64,000 nt of DNA from Candidatus Poribacteria bacterium (GCA_965116925.1 OZ220744.1:64001-128000); one strand, 5' to 3'; shown: positions 20,001 to 29,392, counted from the first letter of the stretch. Notes: generated by a model not told the origin, from the sequence alone. Program-made: numbers and translations.

Positions 20001-23000
20001 AAACCAGAGGTTATTGCCACTACACCGACTGAATTTGCAGCCGTCACCCACCTGACCGAAGTCAGCGCGACATTGCAAGACCACAGCGGCAAAGGCATCG
20101 ATTTTGATCTTACGACAATTTTCTTAAAAGCACCGGATCAATCATCAATCCTTGGCTATCAAACGGTAGATGAAGCGCAATCATCGGTTACTTGGGAACT
20201 AAATCAGCTTCTATCACGGGACGGTTCAGTGGATGGCGAATACACCATCCAACTGTCGCTTGTTGATAAGGCGGGAAACAGTACGGATGCCGATCACACA
20301 TTCATCTACGATACACTTATCCCAACCGTCGTTTCTGTGATGGTGAACACAGAAACGCCAACAATCCTCCCATTAAACGGATTAACAGCTATTGAGACTT
20401 CGTTTAATGGATTGACTATCAAGCTTTCTGATGCAAATGGCGCAACAACACCGGTGAGTGGAATAGATCTGGTTGGCACCGGTGTCCAGTTACTCGGTCC
20501 GGGGAAGACACCCCTCAACATCAATATTCGCGATGATGGCGTAGATACCATCATCGTCAGCTTTGCCTCGCTGTATCAGTCGGGGAGTTACACGCTCGCA
20601 GTCACACCGCGGGACATGGCGGGCAATGTCTCAAGCCACGCTGTTGAGTACGAATTCGGTTTGGAACTTGGTCACAGTACTGTTTCTGAGGTAACGATTG
20701 GTGGACGAATGGCACCGGTCGAGTTTGTGAACCGGCTGGAGGAAATCATTGCAACACTTGAAGATGTCAGTGCCACCGGGTTGAATTTGACTTCGGATGG
20801 TTCGACAATTACCGTAACGGGGCCCCATGGTGAGGTTGAGGGGGTTCAAACCGCACGTGGAGGAAACCAGATTGTGTGGAGACCACTACAGCTTGCCACA
20901 GATGGTTCGGTAGATGGGGTTTACTCCGCAACCATCACCCCCATCAATAGTGACGGCCGATTGGGAATACCAGCTCGGCACCAATTCACGCTTGATACAC
21001 AGGAGCCTGAAGTGACTTTGGTAACGCCGATTGATCTGACGCAGCCGTTGTCCTACATCGGTCGGCAGCTTATCCAAATCGCTGCTCAGATTGAAGATGT
21101 AGGACCGGCGGGTTTGGAGGTTGAAGACCAACACCTTCAGCTACTTGATGCCGGAGGGAATGTTGTCCCAGCAGTTCAGACCAACGATGGGGAATCTCAA
21201 ATCTTTCTGACACTTTCGCAGCCGCTTACAGCCGATGGGAGCGACGATGGGATATACACCGTCACTCTAGATTTGATGGACAAGGCCGCTAACCTTAACT
21301 CGATTTCACATCAACTCGTTTATGATACGCAAGCTCCAACACTTGTCAGCACGAATCCAACCGATGGCAGTCTCCGTAGTGACGATATAACGTTGATTAC
21401 AGTGCGTCTGAACGACCTCGGTGGTAGTGGCATTGATTTCGCCGAATCAATGTTGACGCTATTAGATTCAACCGGCACTCCAGTTAGCGGCGTGCAGAGC
21501 AACGATGGGAATCGAAGACTAACATTGCAAATTAGCGGTCTTGTAGCGGATGGCAATTATACAATCCGTGTGGAGGCAATCGATCGCGCGGGCAACGGAT
21601 CAAACGCCCCATTTGAGACACAATTCACCTTTTCGTCCGGTATGCCGGTTGTTATTTCAACCGTTCCCAAAACCGCGCCTGCGGAAGAAGCATTCACAAA
21701 CGAACCGCTCCATCAGGTCTCGGTTGAACTTCAATCGGAGGATGAAGGGGCGGACCGTTCGACAATCGCGCTGCTTGCTCCCGATGGCACAACAGTGCCA
21801 GGACAGCAGGTGCGTCGAGGAAAATTATTAATTTATCGACTCTTGAAAGAACTCGCCACCGATGGCTCCGACGATGGCACCTATACTATTGTAGTAATAC
21901 CCATCAATAGCGCAGGGCGACAGGGACAACCGGAGCAATTTACCTTTGCTTATGATACCATTGCACCCGAGGTGGTCCCAACCTCTATTCAACTAATCGT
22001 TGCCGAACCGGGTGTTAATAATTCGTTGGTTTCGGTCGGGGCACTTATCGCAGATGACGAACCAAGTTCCGGGGTGGATTGGGATAACCTTGATCTGTCA
22101 TGGATTACCCTTAATGATACCAGACGGAACCGCAAGATTGAGGGAACGCTTGCCACCGATGAAGAACAGGCTCTTGTGTTAAACTTAGTTATGCCACTCG
22201 CTAGCGATGGAAGTCAAGACGGTGTATATCTGTTAACAATTGTGCCGAAGGACCGGGCGGGCAACGTCACTGAAGCGGTCAGCTACCCCTTCTTCTACGA
22301 CACACGTCCACCGATGATTGATGCTAACTCGTTGTTTATTGATGGGCAACCGTTGCTTACTGACTCGAATGATCCGTATTACCCTTCAGCGACCAACAAG
22401 AGTGGCAGCATCATCATTGATGCAAAGTTCTCCGATGTCAATCCGGATGGCAGTTACGGCCTTGGACCCGATTTGGTCAACTCATCAGTTACCGTCCGTT
22501 CTCCTGCTGGAGACGTTATCACCGGAACCACGACACAGAACGGCACCGACAGCATCCGCTTCAAATCTGGCCCACTCAATGAGCAGGGACATTATCAGGT
22601 GACTATCACCAGTGTTGGCTTGGATTCTGCAAATCTCGGCTTCCAGCCAACTGATTCGGTCACGACACAGTTCCTCTTTGAAACAACAAAGCCGGTCGTT
22701 GAACTCACCGATTTAGCTGGAGAAACAACCTTTGAAGATGAACCGTTGCCATTGCAAGGCACTGCACGTGATCCGTCTGAGGATGAAATCCCTGCATCTG
22801 AAGTCGCGCTAGTTGAGGTGGTCGGTACTGGCCCTGATGGGCTACTAATTGACCCAGTTGTTGCAAAAGATGACAGTGAGGAAGAGGAAGATCCGTGGAG
22901 TCGCTGGTCAATTGATTTTCTGCCTTCTCAGTCTGGTGAATATAACCTAGATGTTCGCGTTACCGATCGCGCCGGTAATGCTGGTATTTACGATGCCGTG

Positions 23001-23360
23001 ACTGTCAATTTCTCAGTGTCACTTATCTTCAAAGGCCCAACATATGTTTGGCCTAATCCACTGAGCCTCTCAAGACGTTCAAATGGTGAAATTGCTAATT
23101 TCTCCTTTGAAGTCAACGTCCCCGGGGGTGAAGGCGCGCAGATTGTCCTAAGTATCTACGATTTCGCCGGTGACTTGGTGTACGAAAAGGAATACGATGA
23201 TCTCGGCACTGGTAGGAGCGACAATAAAGTGAGGTGGGATCTCACCAATCAGTCCGGCACTGATGTTGCCCGTGGAATCTATATTTTCCGCTTAGAAGCC
23301 GAGGATGTGGTGACGAGTAATCGCACTAATGCGATCGGGAAGATTGTCGTGGTAGAGTAG
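17070..23360 (+). CDS. Giant secreted Ig-like repeat protein with FlgD-Ig / T9SS-like C-terminal sorting domain
   Basis: N-terminal hydrophobic segment; SPNGD motifs; many ~110-120 aa repeats D..GSG.D...DGS.DG.Y...D.AGN...YDT..P; C-terminal WPNP...IYDFAGDLV...WDLTN..G..VARGIY. Confidence 0.8.
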   Translation: MRIIKPTKRHRPYPKKQALSTLLSKNGCCLFILILLFQFFPSFFFMQGESLVWALRFQTSPQAIDDVDEDNVFSPNGDGVQDTLLISFVTDGDFGDFRIIIDTHGPSGVGKPDGQFRVDEDWVITGEVGPGIDQFAPPTAIREAWDGNDFSRQQEEKNPHPLSDGRYRIRIEIDAVPNEEVSRAESGYLAIQLSAIIDNELPQLSATALQRDLSPNGDTITDEIQIDYGLSESLVELELQFTDPSDRPAIPLTRFTEGKNHTFTWTGVDGLDTRLSDGTYTVQLHGTDRGGNVVTFGLGSFQIDTKSPIIAQLTPRRNSFQNTPIEQIEAIFDVGDGSLIDVDSTFTEILLLNANGAQISGVVNHDEEAGRITLTLDRSVDSSDENGVYTISVSGADKAGNIVSDEVSFTFDNVAPMVTSIATDVGELTPDTVTTTKFTFVDVTLADNIDSRVNTASTVRLSGAEGATIAGIQSQVGENGIRWTPGFPLATDGSYDGRYTITVQSRDRAGNEVEIQIPFLYDTQVPELVLTSGSGVQLNTSEGVEAFLTSPLSVLTATFNDGNGSGTDFSKTSVEMARFARADGAQVPVQGTLISDEDNDVLGFRLNQPLERRNGSQDGTYLIRVRSTDKAGNAETRNIELIYDTQAPAIVSTIRTANPLTTERIEVELEVTDTFAGVEGSGFDVSTSTFELFDVNGAMVDGAQTNDGAGKFAFRSRILPEGGMYTLVVTLADRAGNRSIPLPLIYDAEEPTIETVSHIEPIATVSNVGEFLRRVEATVSDVGTGIDFDQSLIQLLNAAGEVVPGTPYHDDEATVGWELATPLTREGNFDGLYSLRVRAVDKAGYVEERTYALRYDTQVPIIHTALVAQNDGTAIELSGVEAQLITSPVNQITVKFSDGEGSGMDVLRTTVSLIGPEGTPVGTNQSDNGVDTVYLSFNPLRVDGSDDGFYRIQVTPTDLAGNMLTSPVEFPFFYGTRKPEVIATTPTEFAAVTHLTEVSATLQDHSGKGIDFDLTTIFLKAPDQSSILGYQTVDEAQSSVTWELNQLLSRDGSVDGEYTIQLSLVDKAGNSTDADHTFIYDTLIPTVVSVMVNTETPTILPLNGLTAIETSFNGLTIKLSDANGATTPVSGIDLVGTGVQLLGPGKTPLNINIRDDGVDTIIVSFASLYQSGSYTLAVTPRDMAGNVSSHAVEYEFGLELGHSTVSEVTIGGRMAPVEFVNRLEEIIATLEDVSATGLNLTSDGSTITVTGPHGEVEGVQTARGGNQIVWRPLQLATDGSVDGVYSATITPINSDGRLGIPARHQFTLDTQEPEVTLVTPIDLTQPLSYIGRQLIQIAAQIEDVGPAGLEVEDQHLQLLDAGGNVVPAVQTNDGESQIFLTLSQPLTADGSDDGIYTVTLDLMDKAANLNSISHQLVYDTQAPTLVSTNPTDGSLRSDDITLITVRLNDLGGSGIDFAESMLTLLDSTGTPVSGVQSNDGNRRLTLQISGLVADGNYTIRVEAIDRAGNGSNAPFETQFTFSSGMPVVISTVPKTAPAEEAFTNEPLHQVSVELQSEDEGADRSTIALLAPDGTTVPGQQVRRGKLLIYRLLKELATDGSDDGTYTIVVIPINSAGRQGQPEQFTFAYDTIAPEVVPTSIQLIVAEPGVNNSLVSVGALIADDEPSSGVDWDNLDLSWITLNDTRRNRKIEGTLATDEEQALVLNLVMPLASDGSQDGVYLLTIVPKDRAGNVTEAVSYPFFYDTRPPMIDANSLFIDGQPLLTDSNDPYYPSATNKSGSIIIDAKFSDVNPDGSYGLGPDLVNSSVTVRSPAGDVITGTTTQNGTDSIRFKSGPLNEQGHYQVTITSVGLDSANLGFQPTDSVTTQFLFETTKPVVELTDLAGETTFEDEPLPLQGTARDPSEDEIPASEVALVEVVGTGPDGLLIDPVVAKDDSEEEEDPWSRWSIDFLPSQSGEYNLDVRVTDRAGNAGIYDAVTVNFSVSLIFKGPTYVWPNPLSLSRRSNGEIANFSFEVNVPGGEGAQIVLSIYDFAGDLVYEKEYDDLGTGRSDNKVRWDLTNQSGTDVARGIYIFRLEAEDVVTSNRTNAIGKIVVVE

Positions 23361-23446
23361 ATGGGAGCGACCCTTATGAATATAGCTCAAACGTTCAGGC
23401 ATTCATTTACGAACCAATGAACCAAATTACAGAATTGGAGAAACAG

Positions 23447-24490
23447 ATGCCCCTAAAACAGGAATTAATCGGGATTAAAGGATTAACAGAATTGATAGGA
23501 TTAAAAGACAGGGATTGCTGCAATCCTAAAATCCTGAAAATCCTGATTCTGACACTATTTTTTGTAATCATTGCTTTCCCCGCCTTTGCTGCGGATATTC
23601 ACGACGATGCCGGCACAACGGGTGCTGCATTCCTTAAAATTGAAGCCGGCAGCCGCCCTGCTGGGATGGGAGGAGCGTTCGCAGGCTTGGCTAACGATGT
23701 CAATACGCTATACTGGAATCCCGCTGGGTTGACAGCGGTGGGTGAACGCCAATTTACTGCCATGCAGAATTTCTCGATTGCAGATATTAGTAACCAATTC
23801 CTCGGTTATGCGCAAAAATTCAGCGACAGAAGCACTTGGGGGGCAAGTTTTCTCGGGGCGTTTACAGAGATCGAACGCCGTCGTAGAGCAACCGAGGAAC
23901 CTGACAGCACCGCCACAGTCGGTGGTTTTGCTGCGGGATTGTCCCTCGCGTATATTTTATCCCCACAGTTGTCGGTTGGAGCAACAGCCAAAACAATTTC
24001 TCAGCAACTTGACGTTGAAGATTCAATTGGTGCTGCTGCCGATGTTGGAATGCTTTTGCGAATCGCGAACAATCGGCTTGGCATAGGAATCGCAGCGCAA
24101 AATCTCGGTGTTCTGGATACAGGGGAAAATCTGCCAATGAATGTGCGAGGTGGATTCGCTTACCAGGTCCGCGCTGAACCTAACCCTGACAGTGGAAGGC
24201 AACCACGAGACCTTTTTGCATTAGCTGCTGATGTCAACTACCCAATTGTTGCTGGGTATCCAACCTTCCATTTGGGGGCAGAGAATTGGTTCTACAATAT
24301 GCTTGCCCTTCGCGCTGGATATAGTTTTAGCCAAGGAGAGAACCCTAAAAATGGGTTGACCGCTGGGTTCGGGCTGCGTCGAATAGGGGAAGCGTCTCTG
24401 CAAAACGTCAACTTCCAATTTGACTACGCCTTCGTTCCAGACCAAGCTGTTGGCAATGCTCACCGAGTTTCTCTCCTCCTGCGATTCTGA
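23447..24490 (+). CDS. PorV/PorQ family outer-membrane beta-barrel protein
   Basis: AFLKIEAGSRPAGMGGAF...YWNPAGL N-terminal motif; FDYAF...G.AHRVSL.LRF C-terminus; GGAG RBS. Confidence 0.85.
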   Translation: MPLKQELIGIKGLTELIGLKDRDCCNPKILKILILTLFFVIIAFPAFAADIHDDAGTTGAAFLKIEAGSRPAGMGGAFAGLANDVNTLYWNPAGLTAVGERQFTAMQNFSIADISNQFLGYAQKFSDRSTWGASFLGAFTEIERRRRATEEPDSTATVGGFAAGLSLAYILSPQLSVGATAKTISQQLDVEDSIGAAADVGMLLRIANNRLGIGIAAQNLGVLDTGENLPMNVRGGFAYQVRAEPNPDSGRQPRDLFALAADVNYPIVAGYPTFHLGAENWFYNMLALRAGYSFSQGENPKNGLTAGFGLRRIGEASLQNVNFQFDYAFVPDQAVGNAHRVSLLLRF

Positions 24491-24551
24491 GCTCCATCAG
24501 GTTTGCTAGCTAGACAAACTTAGATGTGCTTGCCCCAATCGGAGCATTTCT

Positions 24552-25586
24552 ATGAACATCATCTGCACAGGAATCAGTTGTTCAGGACGAAAAGAATTGA
24601 TGGGAGAGTTTGAAGCACTCTGCTGCAATAAAGGGCTGCGGGTTGGCTTTTTCAACGTCGGTGATTTTATGCACAGTGCAGCTGCAGCCTCCGGAATTCA
24701 ATTCACAGACAAAGTGCTCGACTCTGATCCCGCTGTCCTGTCGTTGGCACGCCGATCGGCTTTCTATGAGATTGCCAACGCTGCACACGGCTATGACCAC
24801 ACCTTCGTCGGTCTGCACGCTTGCTTTCGCTGGAATGGAAAACTGGTTGAAGGCGTCTCATTCCAAGATGTGCAGGGTTTTCCGGCTGACGTATTTGTCA
24901 ATGTGGTAGACAATCTTGCGGACATCACTCAACGTATGAAAGATAATCCGCAGTGGGGGGGCATGAGACGCGATGAAATTAATGTCTGGCTCGACGAAGA
25001 AGAATTTCTGACCAAACAATTCGCTAACCTCAAAGGAAAAAATCACTATACCGTTGCTCGACAGCACAATCTGGAAAACGTCTACGACCTGCTCTTTTCA
25101 AAAAAGAAGAAATTTTACCTGAGTTATCCGATCACGCTTATCCGCCGAGATGCACCGAATCAGATTGAAAACATCCGTAGGTTTGGTTCAAAGATGCGGA
25201 AAGATTTTATCATATTTGATCCGCTCGACATTGAGGATATGGACCTGATTCATTCTACGGAACCCTCTCAGGAGGAGGCAGCTGACAGTAAGATCACAAC
25301 TGTCAGTGATATAGATCAAAATTTCAGCGTGCAGATTAAAACACGCACCATCTCCAGAGACTATCAGTTCATTCACCAGAGCGATTTTGTTATTGTTATC
25401 TATCCAACGGATAAACTCTCCCCCGGCGTCCTGAGTGAGATGAACTTTGCCTCGCGCTATAACAAACCCGTTTATGCCGTATACTCCCATGCACGTAGCC
25501 CATTTTTCGAGCATCTGTGCGAACGGATCTTCGACACCATTGAGGAACTCGAAGCTTTTCTGGGAGATCAGCAAACGGAGATTTAG
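24552..25586 (+). CDS. NMP-kinase-like P-loop domain fused to a nucleoside 2-deoxyribosyltransferase-like domain
   Basis: N-terminal IICTGISCSGRKE degenerate P-loop; C-terminal FYLSYP...DP...RDYQFI.QSD...SPGVLSE.NFA...KPVY. Confidence 0.55.
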   Translation: MNIICTGISCSGRKELMGEFEALCCNKGLRVGFFNVGDFMHSAAAASGIQFTDKVLDSDPAVLSLARRSAFYEIANAAHGYDHTFVGLHACFRWNGKLVEGVSFQDVQGFPADVFVNVVDNLADITQRMKDNPQWGGMRRDEINVWLDEEEFLTKQFANLKGKNHYTVARQHNLENVYDLLFSKKKKFYLSYPITLIRRDAPNQIENIRRFGSKMRKDFIIFDPLDIEDMDLIHSTEPSQEEAADSKITTVSDIDQNFSVQIKTRTISRDYQFIHQSDFVIVIYPTDKLSPGVLSEMNFASRYNKPVYAVYSHARSPFFEHLCERIFDTIEELEAFLGDQQTEI

Positions 25587-25675
25587 CGGATAGGCTTCGG
25601 TTCTAACAGAACTTAGAGTCAGCGATCCATATAGGCCCCAGTCGGAATGTCGAGGCAATGAAATTAGGATTTGAA

Positions 25676-26199
25676 AATACTGGAAACGATCCCAATGCTT
25701 TAGCGTTGGGTCAGACAGCATAATTTTAGTTGATTTTCTTGGCAAAGTATGGTGTACAAAGAATCACAGACTTGCAAAGCTATTATCAGACGCTTCATTA
25801 TCAAGTCTGCTGGCTATGCTCAAATACAAAGCAGAACGGTTAGGCGTAAAGATTGTGGAAGCCGATACGTTCTACCCGTCCAGTAAGACTTGCTCCGCTT
25901 GTGGATCCAAAAATAGTGACCTGTCACTATCGGATAGGACTTACCATTGCAGCGATTGTGGGCATACACAAGACCGAGACTTAAACGCTGCAATAAATCT
26001 TAGAAACGTCGCCGTGGGACACACGGAGACGTAAAACGCTTGTCCGAAAGGATCCCGATTTATCGGGGTGGAGATTTTGTAAGTCCTCACCTTCAACACG
26101 AGGCAAGAATCGCTGAAGCAAGAAAATAGCATGGAGACAGAAAATGTCTACCAATCAGTCTATTAAGAATCCCAATGTTTCAACTTTGGGAGCAGTCAA
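25676..26199 (+). mobile_element. Internally deleted IS200/IS605 (tnpB) element
   Basis: LE hairpin CCCAATGCTTTAGCGTTGGG; tnpB C-terminal fragment; omega-RNA-like tail; RE GAAT-CCCAA..TTGGG-AGCAG-TCAA; left boundary approximate. Confidence 0.8.
25759..26034 (+). pseudogene. tnpB: TnpB C-terminal fragment (Zn ribbon and RuvC III)
   Basis: KNHRLAK..SDA...LKYKA...YPSSKTCSACG...CSDCG...DRDLNAAINL. Confidence 0.85.
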
Positions 26200-27088
26200 A
26201 ATTGGCATCATCTCCCTCGGCACGCAAAATCACGCCACTCGACGATTGGTTGAAGCCTCACTCGCAGCCGGGCACATACCGAAAGTTCTTAACCCATTTG
26301 GATTCTATCTGCATATCGGCGGTTCAGGAGCACCTATTTACTACGAAGAAACTCCCGCCACAGATTTCGATGTTGTGCTCCCACGGCTAAGTGCGTCAAC
26401 AGCGCAATACGGTGAGGAGGTAGTGGCACATTTTGAATGGAATGGTACGCCAGTCGTCAATCGATCTTATGCGATTGCAAACGCCCGAAATAAATTCCGT
26501 GCCCTCCGCATCCTTGCCCAGCATGGACTACCTGTCCCGCCTAGTTTTGCCGCGGGTTCAGCCCGTTACGTGGATAGATCTGTCCATCAAACCGGCGAAT
26601 ACCCATTCATAATGAAACCCTTTGAGGGTACTCACGGCAATGCAATCTTACTGCTCGATACCCCGACATCGCTACAGTCGGCGATTGGTGCAATGTGTGA
26701 TCTCCATCAAGACTATGTCATCCAACCTTTTATCGGGGAGTCGGCAGGGAACGATGTGCGAGTGATCATCATTGGCGGAAGGGTTGTTGCTGCCATGAGG
26801 AGAACCGCACAGGAAGGCGAGTTTCGATCGAACGTCCACCGCGGCGGACAGGGACATCCTATTGAACTTCAAAACGAATACATTGACACAGCAATCCGAG
26901 CTGCAGAAGCAATGGAGTTGAATATTGCGGGGGTAGATCTGTTGGAGACGCTAGCAGGTCCAATGGTGTTGGAGGTCAACCCATCGCCGGGATTTGAAGA
27001 AATCGAAACAGTTACAGGAATCAAAGTCGCGGATGCGATGATTGCATTTGCTATCGAATATTCTCAAGCTACGAGAAAAACGGATTAA
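26144..27088 (+). CDS. rimK: RimK family ATP-grasp alpha-L-glutamate ligase
   Basis: KIGIISL, DVVLPR, ARNK, KP..GTHG, Q.FI.ESAG.DVRV, FRSNVHRGG, AGVDLL, LEVNPSPG. Confidence 0.85.
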   Translation: MSTNQSIKNPNVSTLGAVKIGIISLGTQNHATRRLVEASLAAGHIPKVLNPFGFYLHIGGSGAPIYYEETPATDFDVVLPRLSASTAQYGEEVVAHFEWNGTPVVNRSYAIANARNKFRALRILAQHGLPVPPSFAAGSARYVDRSVHQTGEYPFIMKPFEGTHGNAILLLDTPTSLQSAIGAMCDLHQDYVIQPFIGESAGNDVRVIIIGGRVVAAMRRTAQEGEFRSNVHRGGQGHPIELQNEYIDTAIRAAEAMELNIAGVDLLETLAGPMVLEVNPSPGFEEIETVTGIKVADAMIAFAIEYSQATRKTD

Positions 27089-27122
27089 TGTCTATAGCGT
27101 TAATGAACCAAAAAAGGTTGGG

Positions 27123-27983
27123 ATGCCCATGATCATTGACTGCCACACCCATTTCTGGCGATATCCAGGGGAACTTACCGAGGAACTCGCCCGCGAAACC
27201 TTCATCATGCGTCGGCAAGAGGTTGACTTAGACATCACACCGGAGATGCACGCTGCGGCTGTAGCGAAAGTAGATCGTGCGATTGTGTTTGGGTTACGTG
27301 CACCGCTCACCGGATTTCTTACGGTCAACGATACTGTTGCTGAATATATTCGCACGGATACGAAGAAACTGATCGGCTTTGCGGCAATTTGCCCGACTGA
27401 TGACAACGCGCTTGTGGAGGTAGACCGGGCTGTCCAAGAGCTGGGGCTTCGTGGACTGAAGATGAGTCCGATCTATGGTGGCTGGGATCCGCTAGACCCC
27501 CGCGCCCTGAAAATCTTCGCGCGAGCGGAACAACTCGGATTGCCGATCATGCTCCATCAGGGCACAACCTATCCTCGGAAGGCACCGCTGAAGTACGCCA
27601 ATCCGGTGCTGCTCGAAGATATCGCACTGCGCTTTCCCGATTTGAAGATGATCGTTGCCCACATGGGACATCCTTGGGAAGCCGAAGCCATTGTTCTCAT
27701 CCGAAAGCAGCCCAATGTTTTTGCCGACATCTCCGCCCTCTTCTACCGTCCCTGGCAATACTACAATTCGTTACGATTGGCGATCGAATACGGTGTTGCC
27801 GACAAACTGCTTTTCGGCACCGATTATCCTATAACCACTTTTGATGAATCCGTCAAGGGGTTACACGATATCGTTAAACTCTCCCAAGAGATGCGGCTGC
27901 CGCCGCTGCCGGAAGATCTGCCCGACCAAATCTTACATCGTGATACGCTAGGGCTTCTGGGGCTTGATGATTCCGCCTCATGA
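27123..27983 (+). CDS. Amidohydrolase family protein (Amidohydro_2)
   Basis: IIDCHTH, GLRGLKM, LPIMLHQG, VAHMGHPW, LLFGTDYP. Confidence 0.9.
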   Translation: MPMIIDCHTHFWRYPGELTEELARETFIMRRQEVDLDITPEMHAAAVAKVDRAIVFGLRAPLTGFLTVNDTVAEYIRTDTKKLIGFAAICPTDDNALVEVDRAVQELGLRGLKMSPIYGGWDPLDPRALKIFARAEQLGLPIMLHQGTTYPRKAPLKYANPVLLEDIALRFPDLKMIVAHMGHPWEAEAIVLIRKQPNVFADISALFYRPWQYYNSLRLAIEYGVADKLLFGTDYPITTFDESVKGLHDIVKLSQEMRLPPLPEDLPDQILHRDTLGLLGLDDSAS

Positions 27984-27988
27984 GCATA

Positions 27989-29392
27989 CTAAAATCTGCG
28001 CCATGCCCCCTCGGTAGCAGCATTAATGAGTATCCGCTCTTTCTGGCTGCGCCGTACACGTTGCTCTAAATCAACAGGATCCCAATGAGATAGCAGATCC
28101 GCCTGAAGGTTCTCGACGATTGACCGGTATGCGGTATCTCCGGCGAGATCACGAAATTCATTTGGATCGGTTTGAACATCGTAGAGTTGCGGCGCATCGC
28201 CCAAACTGTAGATGAGTTTGTATCTGCCTCGTCGAAGCATAGCGACCGGACGCGCCACACCGTGTGCCAAGTATTCGGAAAAAGCTTCATCCTTCCAGCA
28301 TCCCGCCTCACCTCGCATTAGCGGCAGCAGGCTATCACCGTCTAGGGGGGTGATGGGCGTCGCACCTGCGATCTCAACGACGGTGGCGATAAGGTCAACC
28401 AGCGATACAACCTCATCGACCCAACGACCAGCGGGAAGATGTCCGGGCCAAACAATTTGAAGCGGTACACGAGCGGAGGCTTCATAGAAGTTAGATTTCC
28501 GCCACATGCCGTGCTCTCCATTCATTTCGCCGTGATCGCTTGTATGTACAATCACAGTGTTATCTAACTGTCCGGTTTCTTCAAGGGTTTTGATGAGGCG
28601 GCCAATCTTTTCATCAAGGTAAGTGATTAGACCGTAGTAGCCTGCCCGTCCTCTCCGCACCAGTTCTTCGGGGAAGTCAACACAACCGAACATACGCCGC
28701 ATCCGCTTGAAGACCGGATGCTGGTTTTCCAAATGTCCTTCCGGAATCTCCGGGAGGTCAATTTCATCAAGAGGATACAGATCCCAGAACCGTTGCGGCA
28801 CAACGAGCGGGAAGTGGGGAGCGATGAAAGAGACATTGAGGGCCCAAGGTTGATCTTTGCGCGCCGGATCGCGGAGGTAAGCCAACGCCTGCTCCTCTGC
28901 CAAATCATCTACTTCGATCTCCGTAGTAGTGCCGGGACCTGCCTCCTCAAGACAGGACCAGGGGCGGGCTGCAGCGGGCGTGCCGTTTTCCCAATCAATG
29001 ACGCCATGATCGTTCTCAGCGTGAAGATCACGAGCAAGTTGGGCACGGAATCCATGAAGTTGGTCTAGCCCCTCGAAGTGCTGTTTCCCGGAGAGAACGG
29101 CATCATAGCCAACTCCACGCAACAGATGTGCCCAAGTAACAGTGTCAGAGGGGAGCGGAGTAGCGTTGTCCCAAGCACCGATGTGGTGAATATAGCGACC
29201 CGTCATGAAGGACATCCGCGAAGGCATGCAGAGGGGAGAGTTACAGTAGGCGTTGGCAAACGTGACGCCATCGGCAGCGAGACGGTCCATATGCGGGGTC
29301 TTAACCAAGGGATGCCCATACGTTCCACTGTACATCGGGGCGTGTTCGTCGGACATAATGAACAGGATATTGGGTAGATCTGAGGTATTCAT
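27989..29392 (-). CDS. Sulfatase (choline-sulfatase-like)
   Basis: PNILFIMSDEH, CMPSR formylglycine motif, GKQH, SDHGEM.GEHG.W.K. Confidence 0.9.
   Translation of the reverse strand: MNTSDLPNILFIMSDEHAPMYSGTYGHPLVKTPHMDRLAADGVTFANAYCNSPLCMPSRMSFMTGRYIHHIGAWDNATPLPSDTVTWAHLLRGVGYDAVLSGKQHFEGLDQLHGFRAQLARDLHAENDHGVIDWENGTPAAARPWSCLEEAGPGTTTEIEVDDLAEEQALAYLRDPARKDQPWALNVSFIAPHFPLVVPQRFWDLYPLDEIDLPEIPEGHLENQHPVFKRMRRMFGCVDFPEELVRRGRAGYYGLITYLDEKIGRLIKTLEETGQLDNTVIVHTSDHGEMNGEHGMWRKSNFYEASARVPLQIVWPGHLPAGRWVDEVVSLVDLIATVVEIAGATPITPLDGDSLLPLMRGEAGCWKDEAFSEYLAHGVARPVAMLRRGRYKLIYSLGDAPQLYDVQTDPNEFRDLAGDTAYRSIVENLQADLLSHWDPVDLEQRVRRSQKERILINAATEGAWRRF

Noticed and set aside
17070..23360. Diversity-generating retroelement or DNA-level tandem repeats in the giant gene
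   Set aside because: Repeats are highly diverged at DNA level; no reverse transcriptase or TR/VR pair is seen in the window.
25816..26034. Independent small zinc-finger gene
   Set aside because: TnpB similarity extends in frame upstream of the ATG; it is a deletion remnant.
25676..26199. IStron (group I intron-IS fusion) splicing out of rimK
   Set aside because: Too short, and no group I core motifs are recognisable.
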